Both the position numbers and the translations under genes were made by a program. Shown in pieces: positions 48,668-57,176 of a stretch of 64,000 bases of DNA (position 1 is its first letter; each line of letters starts with the position of its first letter). The notes under the pieces were generated by a model. The model made no database searches. It worked only from the letters and a program-made list of their open reading frames with translations, and was not told the DNA's origin. Origin of the DNA: Sphingomonadales bacterium (GTDB lineage: Bacteria > Pseudomonadota > Alphaproteobacteria > Sphingomonadales > Sphingomonadaceae); the NCBI GenBank assembly GCA_043760725.1, contig JAYUOS010000037.1:33551-97550 (forward strand), in the 5' to 3' direction.

Positions 48668-49915
48668 CTATTTCTTTACAGGTGCACTGAGCCGGAACAA
48701 CCCATTACCGAATACAGCATCATGGCCCTTTGCGCCCAAGTCTTGCGCGCGGGCGGCGACTTGCTCCTTCATCGCAGCTGGATTGCGTCCGCCGTTGCAG
48801 GCGGGCATCCTTAATAGCGCTCCCGACACAACAGCGGTGGCAAAGCTTGTTCCCGATACCGCACGGCGGCCTCCCGGCGCTGCAGCGTTCAAGCCAACGC
48901 CAACACCCGCAACATCAATGCGGTCGCCTTGCGAGGCATAAGCATAGCCGTTTAGCTTTTCATCGACTGCAGTCACCGCAAGGCTTGATGGATGCGAGGC
49001 GGGAAAGAGCACTTTGCCGCTCGGTCCGCCATTGCCCGCCGCCGCCGATACGCAGACGCCGTTCTTGCGGATAGTATCGAGCGTGATGCCGAGCAACTTG
49101 TCCTGCGGCCCTCCGAAAGAAAGGTTCAGAACATCGGGCCGCAACCGCGATGCCTCGTTCATCGCTTTCGCCAGAAACGATGTGCGCGACAGCACATCGT
49201 CGGTTCCGCTACCACCAAACGCTGCAAGGCTGGTCAGCCTTGCACCCTGTGCCGTTCCCGGATAATTGCCTGTGCCAACGAGCAACGCGGCAATCGCTGT
49301 TCCGTGAACCGCAGGGCTTTTGTCGGTGCCAAAAAATTGCTGTGTTACGTTGGCTCCGGCAAGGTTGTCATGGGCGGTATCAACAACAGCATCAATCATC
49401 ACGATACTGCCAGTTACGCTGGGCTGTTTTTCCGGGATGACGTGCAGTTCGAAACGTTTCGGGCGGCTTTTGCCGAGTAACTGAAACTGATAATTCGGCT
49501 GCGCAAAGGCAATGCCCTTTTGCCGCTCCAGCCGCGCGGTGGCGGCGGTGACCGTGTCACCATATGCCAGAGACGCGACTACCATCGTCACGTTAGATTC
49601 GTCGAGCCATGCGCTATCGATGACGCTAACATTAGCTTTACGGGCGATCGACGCTGCATTTGCATCCTGACCATTGATGACAAAAATGACTTCATCCGAG
49701 ACATATTCGTCGATGGCAGCATCGCGCATTTCCAGCGGAGGGACCTCGGGTGTTTTCGGCTTTTTCTTACCACCCAGCTTAATCGATATGCCAATACCTG
49801 AGCCACCGGTATGGGGGCGATTGGGGCGCGGTTGCTGACTCTGGCCAGGTATCACTTGCCCGATCGCCGCTGATGCGAGCGATGCCAAAGCTAAGCCAGA
49901 GATCAGCCTCTTCAT
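48668..49915 (-). CDS. S8 family (subtilisin-like) serine peptidase with N-terminal propeptide
   Basis: 415 aa with a signal peptide. The catalytic triad contexts are VMIDAVVDTAHDNL (Asp), HGTAIAALLVG (His) and SGTSFATAVVSG (Ser), with oxyanion NLSFGG. Confidence 0.85.
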   Translation of the reverse strand: MKRLISGLALASLASAAIGQVIPGQSQQPRPNRPHTGGSGIGISIKLGGKKKPKTPEVPPLEMRDAAIDEYVSDEVIFVINGQDANAASIARKANVSVIDSAWLDESNVTMVVASLAYGDTVTAATARLERQKGIAFAQPNYQFQLLGKSRPKRFELHVIPEKQPSVTGSIVMIDAVVDTAHDNLAGANVTQQFFGTDKSPAVHGTAIAALLVGTGNYPGTAQGARLTSLAAFGGSGTDDVLSRTSFLAKAMNEASRLRPDVLNLSFGGPQDKLLGITLDTIRKNGVCVSAAAGNGGPSGKVLFPASHPSSLAVTAVDEKLNGYAYASQGDRIDVAGVGVGLNAAAPGGRRAVSGTSFATAVVSGALLRMPACNGGRNPAAMKEQVAARAQDLGAKGHDAVFGNGLFRLSAPVKK

Positions 49916-50601
49916 ACTGCCTTGTCAGCCGCCGCGATTAACGGCGACGTTTTCAGCCTTTCGATTTGTCGCTCTAGCGCCTCATCCTTTAGGTCGCTTG
50001 AAAGCGTGAGTGCGCCATCGCTCGGCCCGCCGACAATCTCTAGTCCCTCGTTCGCAAGCAGTTTCTCAAATTCTGCCCATGATACATCGGATGCCAGCTG
50101 CAATATGATACTGGCTTTTTGCGCAGCTTCGCCGCCGGGGCCAGAGGCAAGCTGAAACTCGACCTCGCCAAGCCGCTTTTCCAGCGACGCGATCTTTGAC
50201 GACCGTTGCGTATTCTCGCCGTTAAGGTTGGCAATCAATCCGGCCTGCGCGATAGCCGCGATGGCCAGCGACAAAGCGACCGCCGGATGCCAGCTTCGCG
50301 GGTTGAGGAATGCCAACATGGCCCCTAAACTCGCGCTAGGAGCAGACATCCCAGTAGGTGCTCGAGCCTCCGACAGCTTTGCCGCAACGCGTCCAACCCG
50401 CATAGCATCCCCTTGTCCCAAATCACGACCTCCGGTTTTAACGCCTTGCGCTAATCGGCCAATTTCGGCCAGCTCTTCACGCAACTCTGGGGATGTTGCA
50501 AGCGCCGCATCAACCAAAGCGCAAGCATCGGCATCCAACGTGCCGTTGACATAGAACGGCAGCAACAACGACACATTTTGAAAATCCGGATCTTGGGCCA
50601 T
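49912..50601 (-). CDS. anti-sigma-factor-like single-pass membrane protein
   Basis: Start taken at MAQDPDF. The N-terminus LLLPFYVNGTLDADACALVDAALATSPELREELAEI has anti-sigma domain layout but lacks the HxxxCxxC zinc motif. It has one TM helix (WHPAVALSLAIAAIAQAGLIANL). The stop overlaps the S8 start (ATGA). Confidence 0.55.
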   Translation of the reverse strand: MAQDPDFQNVSLLLPFYVNGTLDADACALVDAALATSPELREELAEIGRLAQGVKTGGRDLGQGDAMRVGRVAAKLSEARAPTGMSAPSASLGAMLAFLNPRSWHPAVALSLAIAAIAQAGLIANLNGENTQRSSKIASLEKRLGEVEFQLASGPGGEAAQKASIILQLASDVSWAEFEKLLANEGLEIVGGPSDGALTLSSDLKDEALERQIERLKTSPLIAAADKAV

Positions 50602-50692
50602 TTTGCGAGTCCATATTATGTTTCTGACTAGCGGCCACACTTCCGCGATATTTGAAAGTCGTTTGGCGCTTAGCTAAAGTTCATTATCGCAT

Positions 50693-53600
50693 TCAACCAT
50701 TCGGCCGATGACTCAATGCAACCTCGGTCATCCAAGTCAAAGCCGACCGGCTGGGCATAAAGAAATAGCCACCGGCCATTACAGTCACGAAATTTTGCAT
50801 CCCTGTCAGCTTGATCGGGCCAACAGGGGTCGGGATATTGAAGCTGCGTTCTGCTGGACAGCCGGTCAACGGATCGGGCGTGTCAGTACCAAAAATCGGG
50901 TCTGGTTCATGCGACAGCCCGTGAAAGTTGGCCGAGTTACACCAGACCTGTTGGACAAATTCAAACTGTCGTTCAAGATCGGCACACAGGCTGACAAACA
51001 ACAGGCCTTTCTCTGTGCCGCCGCCTGTTGCAGGCCGCGTGTAGGTGCGACCGCGACGGAGCAAGCGGTGGCGGTTGCTGATAATCTGTTCAGCGGGATC
51101 GCCCGGTTGTTTGCTATCGCGCGGATTGGTCCGGCGCATATGCGAGCCAAAGGGACACGCAAGCCCTTGCGGATCATCCATCCCGTACGTGAAATCATTC
51201 TCGGTTTCCGCTGCGCGGCAATACGCTTCGTCGGGGTCGCCCGGCAGCGGCGAAGCTGTATTCACCGGATTGCCGATCAGCGGGCGGCCATTGGGCCAAC
51301 GCCCCATCAGCTTGGCCTTGATCCAATCCTTGTCGGGATATTGGCCGATGACTTTGTAAATGTCGCGGTAGACCATCTGGTCTTCGCTTTCGACATTACC
51401 CATGATCTCGTCGGCTTTTCGCCTGACGAATTCGTCAAAGCCTTCGACGTCTTGTTGCAATTCGCGCACCACAACAAAGCTACCGTTGCGTCCAAAATCG
51501 CGCGGGGCATCGCTGATGGTTTTGTCACCGAAATCGGGGAAGCGGCTTAAGCCAACATCTGAAGATAGCGGGAGAGTCCGGCCAAGGTCAGCCTCGGCCG
51601 GCAACATCGGGCTAATCGGAAAATGGCCCTGCCCGTTTTTATAGCCCAGAATGAACTCACCGGGTTCAACAAGATCGCGGGCCGGAACGCCGCGTGTTTG
51701 CCGCCCGGTGCCGCGGATCACCGGCTGCGCAATGCCGTCGCGATAGCCGAAATGTTCGAATTCCGGCTTTGCGGAATCGGCTGGCGCGCAGTCGAGTTGG
51801 TTCAATATGCTACCGCCATAATTCTCAATCAAAGCGCGGTGGACTTGCGTCGCAAAACTCAGATCAGCGGGGCTTTCGGCATAGACAAACAGCACAGCCT
51901 GTGCGGCATCATCGTCCCAACGCCAGTTGGTGGAATCCGCCGTGCCGACATCGCCCAAATTGCGGCCTCGATTTGCCATGCCCATGCGGAATGCCGGGGG
52001 GAAGCCCGACAGCAAAGTTTCGTCCGCTGTATTGGGAGCCTCGAACTTAGCCATTCCAGCGGCGGAACAGCCCAAAAACACTGCCCGTCGTGCGGCGTGT
52101 TGAGCGTCGGCTTTGCCGAATATTTGTTCATCCGCTGTGTCCGACAAATCCACTGGATCGGGGACTTCCTCATAGATTGTCGCATCGCCGACCAAGGGTC
52201 GGTCGCCAAAGGTCAGCGTCATCGAATGGGCAAGGGCATAGCCTTCAATCTCTCCGTCGCGCCCATATACCGGCACAATCACGCCGCCCCCCATAAGGCC
52301 ACCGGTCGATGGCGCGTTCTTGGGAGCGCTTGCAATATCGAGTTTTTGCGTCGCGCCCCGTATCCAGCTGAGCCACTCGCCAAGCGCAGGGGTTGGCGGT
52401 AATTTGAGCGTCAGGCAGGTCGAAAACTGCAACCGCTTTAGCCCAGAAAACACAAGCGCTTGGACCTCATCGCTTTCGATCAGGTTGTCGACCCGGGGCA
52501 TTGACCCGAAACAGCGCAGCCATTCCGCCGCCTCGCTATTGGTGCGCGCGCGGGCGACACCGCTATGAATAAGGGCGTTTCCCCTAATCTGGTCAGTCGT
52601 CAGCGTCGGAAAGCGGCTATACCAGAATGGCACAATCTGTTGCCGCGTGCGGACCCAGCGTTTGAAATTCTCACCCTGCCCCGCCCCTTCAAAGATCAGG
52701 TATTTGGTCTCGGGAAAGCCTTTCCAATTGCTCCACACCGATGTTTGCCCCCAGCGCGCACGGGTGATGAAGTCCTCCAGATAGCTTTCCCAACTGCCAT
52801 CAAAATTGGAATAGAATGCAGTTTTGTTCGTGCCCGGGACGCGCCACCAACGGGCATAATGGATCGTGCCCATATTGATCACAAAGCCGGGGCGATAGTT
52901 GAAGGTGATAATGATCCGTATCGCCCAAAGCGCAAAGGCATGAGCGAAAGCGCGCAAGAAACCCGGCTTCATCTCGCCGACCGCAAGGATATGGTTTTGC
53001 GCATAGCCCGGCGCATCCTCCAACTGCCCGATCTTTGCGATATGATCGAGCGGTGCTTGGCCGGAGTCGATCCAGTCTTCTTTCTCGGCGCGGCGGATTG
53101 CAATGAAAAACGCAGCGGTGGCAAGGGCCAGAACGATTGCCGTCGCCAAGATGGCGCGCAGGCCGGTTCCTACAAATTGCCAACCAAAGCCGGGACTGGG
53201 ATCATAGACCCCGAACAGCCAGCCGAAAAACGCGAACAAAGCAACGACCGGGATTGTGAAAACCAACCCCTCCCGCGACCGCAGAAACGCCATAAATGAT
53301 CCCATCTTTGTCACCCGCCGGAAATCGGCAAGATTCAGAGCGGCACTATCTGGCAACAAACGAAACGCGTCGAACCCTGCGCTCGCGGCTTCGCGCATCA
53401 ACGTCCGCTGGCCGGATGTTGCGGTCAATGCAAGAATACGGTCCTGATTGAGTATCCGCCGCACATAGTTCAGAGCCAGCATTGCGTGGCTACCGCTTGT
53501 CGCTTCGTTACCCAGATAATCGGCCACGACGCGTTCAACAAAAGTCGCAAAGCGCGCCTGCTTTTCAATGGTGGCCACCGGGAACTCGCCTGTCCCGACA

Positions 53601-55339
53601 TAGTTCAGACCGTTGGCGCCCCATGGCTTGCCGTGCAGCTTGACAACATGCTCGGTCAGGAAATTGACAAAATCGGCACTATCGGCAAGGCCACATTGCG
53701 CAAACAACGGGCGTAGCAGCGCCTCGCAATTCAACGCCAGCTTCTTGATAGCGGACGCTTGATCGCCATCGACGCTCAATTCCCACACAAGGTCGACGCG
53801 CTTTTCCGATTCTATCGTCGCTAGCGACGAAAAATGGACGATACCCGTCGCATCCAACGCCGCTCGCATCTCAGGCCCAGCCGGATTACCGAGCTGCGCA
53901 ATATCTAAATCGATCTGTGCTTTGGGTATTTCCGCATTGACCGGTGCAACCAACAAAAACATCGTTTGCTGCGATGTTGCCGTATCAAACGTCATCACCC
54001 AATTGCGTGGAAACGGGCCAATCGACTGCATTCGTCCGGGTTGGCCCTTGGCAGGTTTCAACCCCGACTGGCGCAGTAGCAAACTCAACACATCGGCGAT
54101 CTGTTCAATCGCCAGATGCTTGCCTAGGCACCAATGGATGCCAGCGCCAAAGATCAGGTCGGGCTCGATCCAGTTGCCGTGTTCGTCGCGGCGGTCGGGC
54201 AGGAATGCCTTAGGCTTTGGCATCGCGCGCACATCACGCATCGCCGACATTGTGGAGACCATCAAAGTTGATCCGGCGGGAATGGTCTTCTGCTGCCCCT
54301 TGCCCAGATCAATGATAGTGTCTTTTGCGCAATAGCGCCACTGGCCGGGGGCAAGCGCTGGATTAAGGCGGCCAGCCTCTAGCAATATCCGCTTAAAATC
54401 TTCGCGCCCTGCTGCGCCCTTTTGTGCTGCCGCCACCGCCATGTCCCACGCCGCTGGGTGACGGCGCAGTTCTTCAAACATCTTGCCCGCGCCTAGGGTA
54501 TTAGTCGGCACAAACCCAGCGGCTAGACCGATCAGAACGGCACGGATATCGGCATCAGAAACTGGTTCACCGCCCTCTGCTTTGCGCGCAGCTTGCAAAG
54601 TCACCAGCCGACCCACTAAGGTCGATTGATCGTCAACTGCGCCCTTTGCCTGCGCTTGGCGGACACGGGCAATCGCGTGATCGACGACAAAGCGCAATCG
54701 TGCCGCACCGTTTTGTGAAACAGCCCGCACGCGTTCATCACCATAAGGATCACCAAACAGCCGCGCCGATACCGCCAGCGTCCAGTCGGCAAATTGCGAG
54801 GGATCATCGACCGAGAGCCCGAAATAACGCAGGCAAATTTCAGCCGCGACCCGCTTTAACAGATCGTCGATCACATCAATCCGGCCCTTGGAATTATCGA
54901 GCAACGCCTGCGCATAGGACTGGCTCAGCTCGCGGATCAGCTCCATGTCCGCCTCGGGCCGCAAAGCATGACGCACCAAAGCGTGCATCCGTGCATGATC
55001 TGGCCCATCCAGCCCCAGAACAAAGGTCGCGCCGCCCGCCAGCTCCTCCATCTCTGGCCCGAATGGCACAGTGAATTCATCGGGCCGCAGCAACACTTGG
55101 CGCACATCGGCATCGCGGGTGATGTGGTAAAATCCGGCCAGTTTGAACACCGGGAAATACCGCCGCGACACCGCATAAATCGGTTTCAACAGCGCTTGTG
55201 CAAAGGCCGATTTCGCCGCTGCAAATTTGCTCGGGTTGGCGATATTGGCAAAATCAAATGGCGGAAGCGTCGGGTCCTTTTTATCACGCTGATTGGCGAG
55301 CGTCCGGCTTACGGTTTCAAAATACTTGGCATTTGGCAT
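50693..55339 (-). CDS. cytochrome P450 / unassigned domains with TM hairpin / DyP-type peroxidase fusion protein
   Basis: The ORF has 1548 codons. The P450 part has ExxR in LLEAGRLNP and the heme loop FGAGIHWCLGKHLA (Cys404). TM helices lie at about residues 691-747. The DyP part has EHFGYRDGIAQP, GEFILGY, NGSFVVVREL, CPFGSHMRRTNPRD (His1400), LLRRGRTY and LERQFEFVQQVW. Confidence 0.85.
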   Translation of the reverse strand: MPNAKYFETVSRTLANQRDKKDPTLPPFDFANIANPSKFAAAKSAFAQALLKPIYAVSRRYFPVFKLAGFYHITRDADVRQVLLRPDEFTVPFGPEMEELAGGATFVLGLDGPDHARMHALVRHALRPEADMELIRELSQSYAQALLDNSKGRIDVIDDLLKRVAAEICLRYFGLSVDDPSQFADWTLAVSARLFGDPYGDERVRAVSQNGAARLRFVVDHAIARVRQAQAKGAVDDQSTLVGRLVTLQAARKAEGGEPVSDADIRAVLIGLAAGFVPTNTLGAGKMFEELRRHPAAWDMAVAAAQKGAAGREDFKRILLEAGRLNPALAPGQWRYCAKDTIIDLGKGQQKTIPAGSTLMVSTMSAMRDVRAMPKPKAFLPDRRDEHGNWIEPDLIFGAGIHWCLGKHLAIEQIADVLSLLLRQSGLKPAKGQPGRMQSIGPFPRNWVMTFDTATSQQTMFLLVAPVNAEIPKAQIDLDIAQLGNPAGPEMRAALDATGIVHFSSLATIESEKRVDLVWELSVDGDQASAIKKLALNCEALLRPLFAQCGLADSADFVNFLTEHVVKLHGKPWGANGLNYVGTGEFPVATIEKQARFATFVERVVADYLGNEATSGSHAMLALNYVRRILNQDRILALTATSGQRTLMREAASAGFDAFRLLPDSAALNLADFRRVTKMGSFMAFLRSREGLVFTIPVVALFAFFGWLFGVYDPSPGFGWQFVGTGLRAILATAIVLALATAAFFIAIRRAEKEDWIDSGQAPLDHIAKIGQLEDAPGYAQNHILAVGEMKPGFLRAFAHAFALWAIRIIITFNYRPGFVINMGTIHYARWWRVPGTNKTAFYSNFDGSWESYLEDFITRARWGQTSVWSNWKGFPETKYLIFEGAGQGENFKRWVRTRQQIVPFWYSRFPTLTTDQIRGNALIHSGVARARTNSEAAEWLRCFGSMPRVDNLIESDEVQALVFSGLKRLQFSTCLTLKLPPTPALGEWLSWIRGATQKLDIASAPKNAPSTGGLMGGGVIVPVYGRDGEIEGYALAHSMTLTFGDRPLVGDATIYEEVPDPVDLSDTADEQIFGKADAQHAARRAVFLGCSAAGMAKFEAPNTADETLLSGFPPAFRMGMANRGRNLGDVGTADSTNWRWDDDAAQAVLFVYAESPADLSFATQVHRALIENYGGSILNQLDCAPADSAKPEFEHFGYRDGIAQPVIRGTGRQTRGVPARDLVEPGEFILGYKNGQGHFPISPMLPAEADLGRTLPLSSDVGLSRFPDFGDKTISDAPRDFGRNGSFVVVRELQQDVEGFDEFVRRKADEIMGNVESEDQMVYRDIYKVIGQYPDKDWIKAKLMGRWPNGRPLIGNPVNTASPLPGDPDEAYCRAAETENDFTYGMDDPQGLACPFGSHMRRTNPRDSKQPGDPAEQIISNRHRLLRRGRTYTRPATGGGTEKGLLFVSLCADLERQFEFVQQVWCNSANFHGLSHEPDPIFGTDTPDPLTGCPAERSFNIPTPVGPIKLTGMQNFVTVMAGGYFFMPSRSALTWMTEVALSHRPNG

Positions 55340-55360
55340 TACGAGCTTTCAATTTTCATG

Positions 55361-57040
55361 TCAGTCGTTTCGAGCCATCGCTTGGTTCATTCCGTCCGCC
55401 AAAAACCTGTTCCAATGACTATTCATAAATGGAACCCAGTCGATGTAGTGCAGCCCAAATCGGGGGATTGACGCTTTAAGTTCGGCAACAGCATCCTTCG
55501 CCGACGCCCCCTGCCCGCTACGCACCAGAGCATTGATCTTCATCACATGTGAAAACCAATATGCGCCTCTACGTGTCAGCGAGAGGTCAGCCTGCTCTAG
55601 CGCATCATCAAACGCTCCGATCATCACATACGACACGGCCAGTTCGCCGCGAAAATAGAAAAGTTCTGCATCATTGGGGCTAAGCTGGATCGCATTTTTC
55701 AGCGTCGGAATCGCATCCTCAGGCGCATCGCGTAGGTAATAGCTGCCGCCCAATTGCGCGTGCGCCATAGCCAGGCTGGGATTAAGTTCGATGGCACGTT
55801 TCAACAAAGCTTCTGCACGTAGCGGTTGGCGCAACCATTTTTCAGCAATGCCCGCCAGCATGTGGCCGCGCGCATCGTCATAATCTGCGATGATCGCCTT
55901 TTGCGCCATTTGCCGGATCACGCGGATTTCTTCATCCGACCCGCGCTGCGCCCAAAGGTCCCATAACTTGGCCCAAGTCATCTGGATGATCGCCTCAGGC
56001 GAGTTCGGTTCGCGTTCCAGCGCCTCGGCTATATAGGCTTTCGCCTTTTCTGAATCCTCAGCAGTAAACCGGTTCAAATGCCAGCGCCCGCGCCAGATCA
56101 GTTCGCGGACATTGAGGTCGCTTTGCGGTTTGCCCAAAGCCCGGGATTGCTCCGCTTGGTCGACCTTCGCCCCTAAAGCGGTTGTCAGTCCAGTCAGCAA
56201 TTCACCGAAAGCATCAGGCGCATCTTGCGCGCTAAGGGCCAACTTGTTCGACCACAATGTGTTGCCTGTTTCGCAATCAACCAGCGACGCGGACAGCATG
56301 TTTGCGCCAACCTGACTCCTAACTCTGCCTTCAAGCAAATACCGCGCGCCAAGTAATTCGCCGGCAATCTTGGGATTAGTTTCTCGCACGGCAAAGCTGG
56401 AACTGCGCGATATGATCGGCAGCCAGCGCAACCGCGACAAACGGTCAATTAAATCCTCGCTGATGCCCTCTGCAACAAAATCCTGATCAGGATCGCCAGT
56501 CAGGTTTTCAAACGGCAACACCGCCATTGCGGGAAGCGCAGTAAACGCTTTGGCAATTTCGGCGTTGGCTGCGGTTTGCACCCTTTGCGTAACAGACTCT
56601 GTGTCGGACGTAGCCTCGCTCTTAGCCCGCTGCTCGCGCAGCCAATCCTCAAAGCCATCCTCGCCCGGGATATCCATCCCTTCTAGAAACTCCGCAGCGC
56701 CCGCGACATTCGGCCCACGCGCGTCCACTTGGATAGAGCTAAGGTCGATCCAGATACGCGCGTGGTCAGCGTTTAGAAGCGGCTGTCCGTCATGTTTCAG
56801 CAAGCCACGCAGGCTGGAGAGTTCACTGCGTAGGCTGGACTGCGCCTGATCCTGCCCGCGCGATCCCCATAGCTGGCTTTGCAACCAATTGCGTGTTCGC
56901 TCCCCTCCGTTCGCACTTGCAAGCATTGCAATCAATGCCTGCCCCTTGCGGCTTGAAATATCTATGCGGCGGCCATCCGGCGCATGCAGCCGGAACGGCC
57001 CATGCAACTGCAATGTAAAAAATGCCCGCCCTTGCGACAT
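55361..57040 (-). CDS. winged-helix (OmpR/SARP-type) transcriptional regulator with TolB-N-like and TPR domains
   Basis: The ATG at 57040 follows AGGGGG. The N-terminus is FTLQLHGPFRLHAPDGRRIDISSRKGQALIAMLA...SLRSELSSLR. The middle is AVLPFENLTGDPDQDFVAEGISEDLI. The C-terminus contains TPR-like repeats. Confidence 0.75.
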   Translation of the reverse strand: MSQGRAFFTLQLHGPFRLHAPDGRRIDISSRKGQALIAMLASANGGERTRNWLQSQLWGSRGQDQAQSSLRSELSSLRGLLKHDGQPLLNADHARIWIDLSSIQVDARGPNVAGAAEFLEGMDIPGEDGFEDWLREQRAKSEATSDTESVTQRVQTAANAEIAKAFTALPAMAVLPFENLTGDPDQDFVAEGISEDLIDRLSRLRWLPIISRSSSFAVRETNPKIAGELLGARYLLEGRVRSQVGANMLSASLVDCETGNTLWSNKLALSAQDAPDAFGELLTGLTTALGAKVDQAEQSRALGKPQSDLNVRELIWRGRWHLNRFTAEDSEKAKAYIAEALEREPNSPEAIIQMTWAKLWDLWAQRGSDEEIRVIRQMAQKAIIADYDDARGHMLAGIAEKWLRQPLRAEALLKRAIELNPSLAMAHAQLGGSYYLRDAPEDAIPTLKNAIQLSPNDAELFYFRGELAVSYVMIGAFDDALEQADLSLTRRGAYWFSHVMKINALVRSGQGASAKDAVAELKASIPRFGLHYIDWVPFMNSHWNRFLADGMNQAMARND

Positions 57041-57057
57041 GCGACCCCCTGTCCAGT

Positions 57058-57072
57058 TTACGCATAACGTAA
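57058..57072. promoter_or_regulatory. palindrome TTACG-N5-CGTAA in divergent control region
   Basis: ttacgcataacgtaa lies 18-32 nt upstream of the regulator ATG (57040). Confidence 0.3.
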
Positions 57073-57094
57073 GTTTCGCAATTTTCACGCGTTT

Positions 57095-57112
57095 TTTGAC
57101 GATCCTTTGACG
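57095..57112. promoter_or_regulatory. direct repeat TTTGACG-N4-TTTGACG (11-bp register)
   Basis: The copies are at 57095..57101 and 57106..57112, in the intergenic region between the divergent regulator gene and the methyltransferase-like/ECF sigma operon. This spacing is typical of sites bound by OmpR-type winged-helix proteins. Confidence 0.3.
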
Positions 57113-57176
57113 CCGCTTTGCCGCTCACTTGGCGCTCGCACCGTATCGCTCACTTATGAGGAAAAAAGGGACGCCG

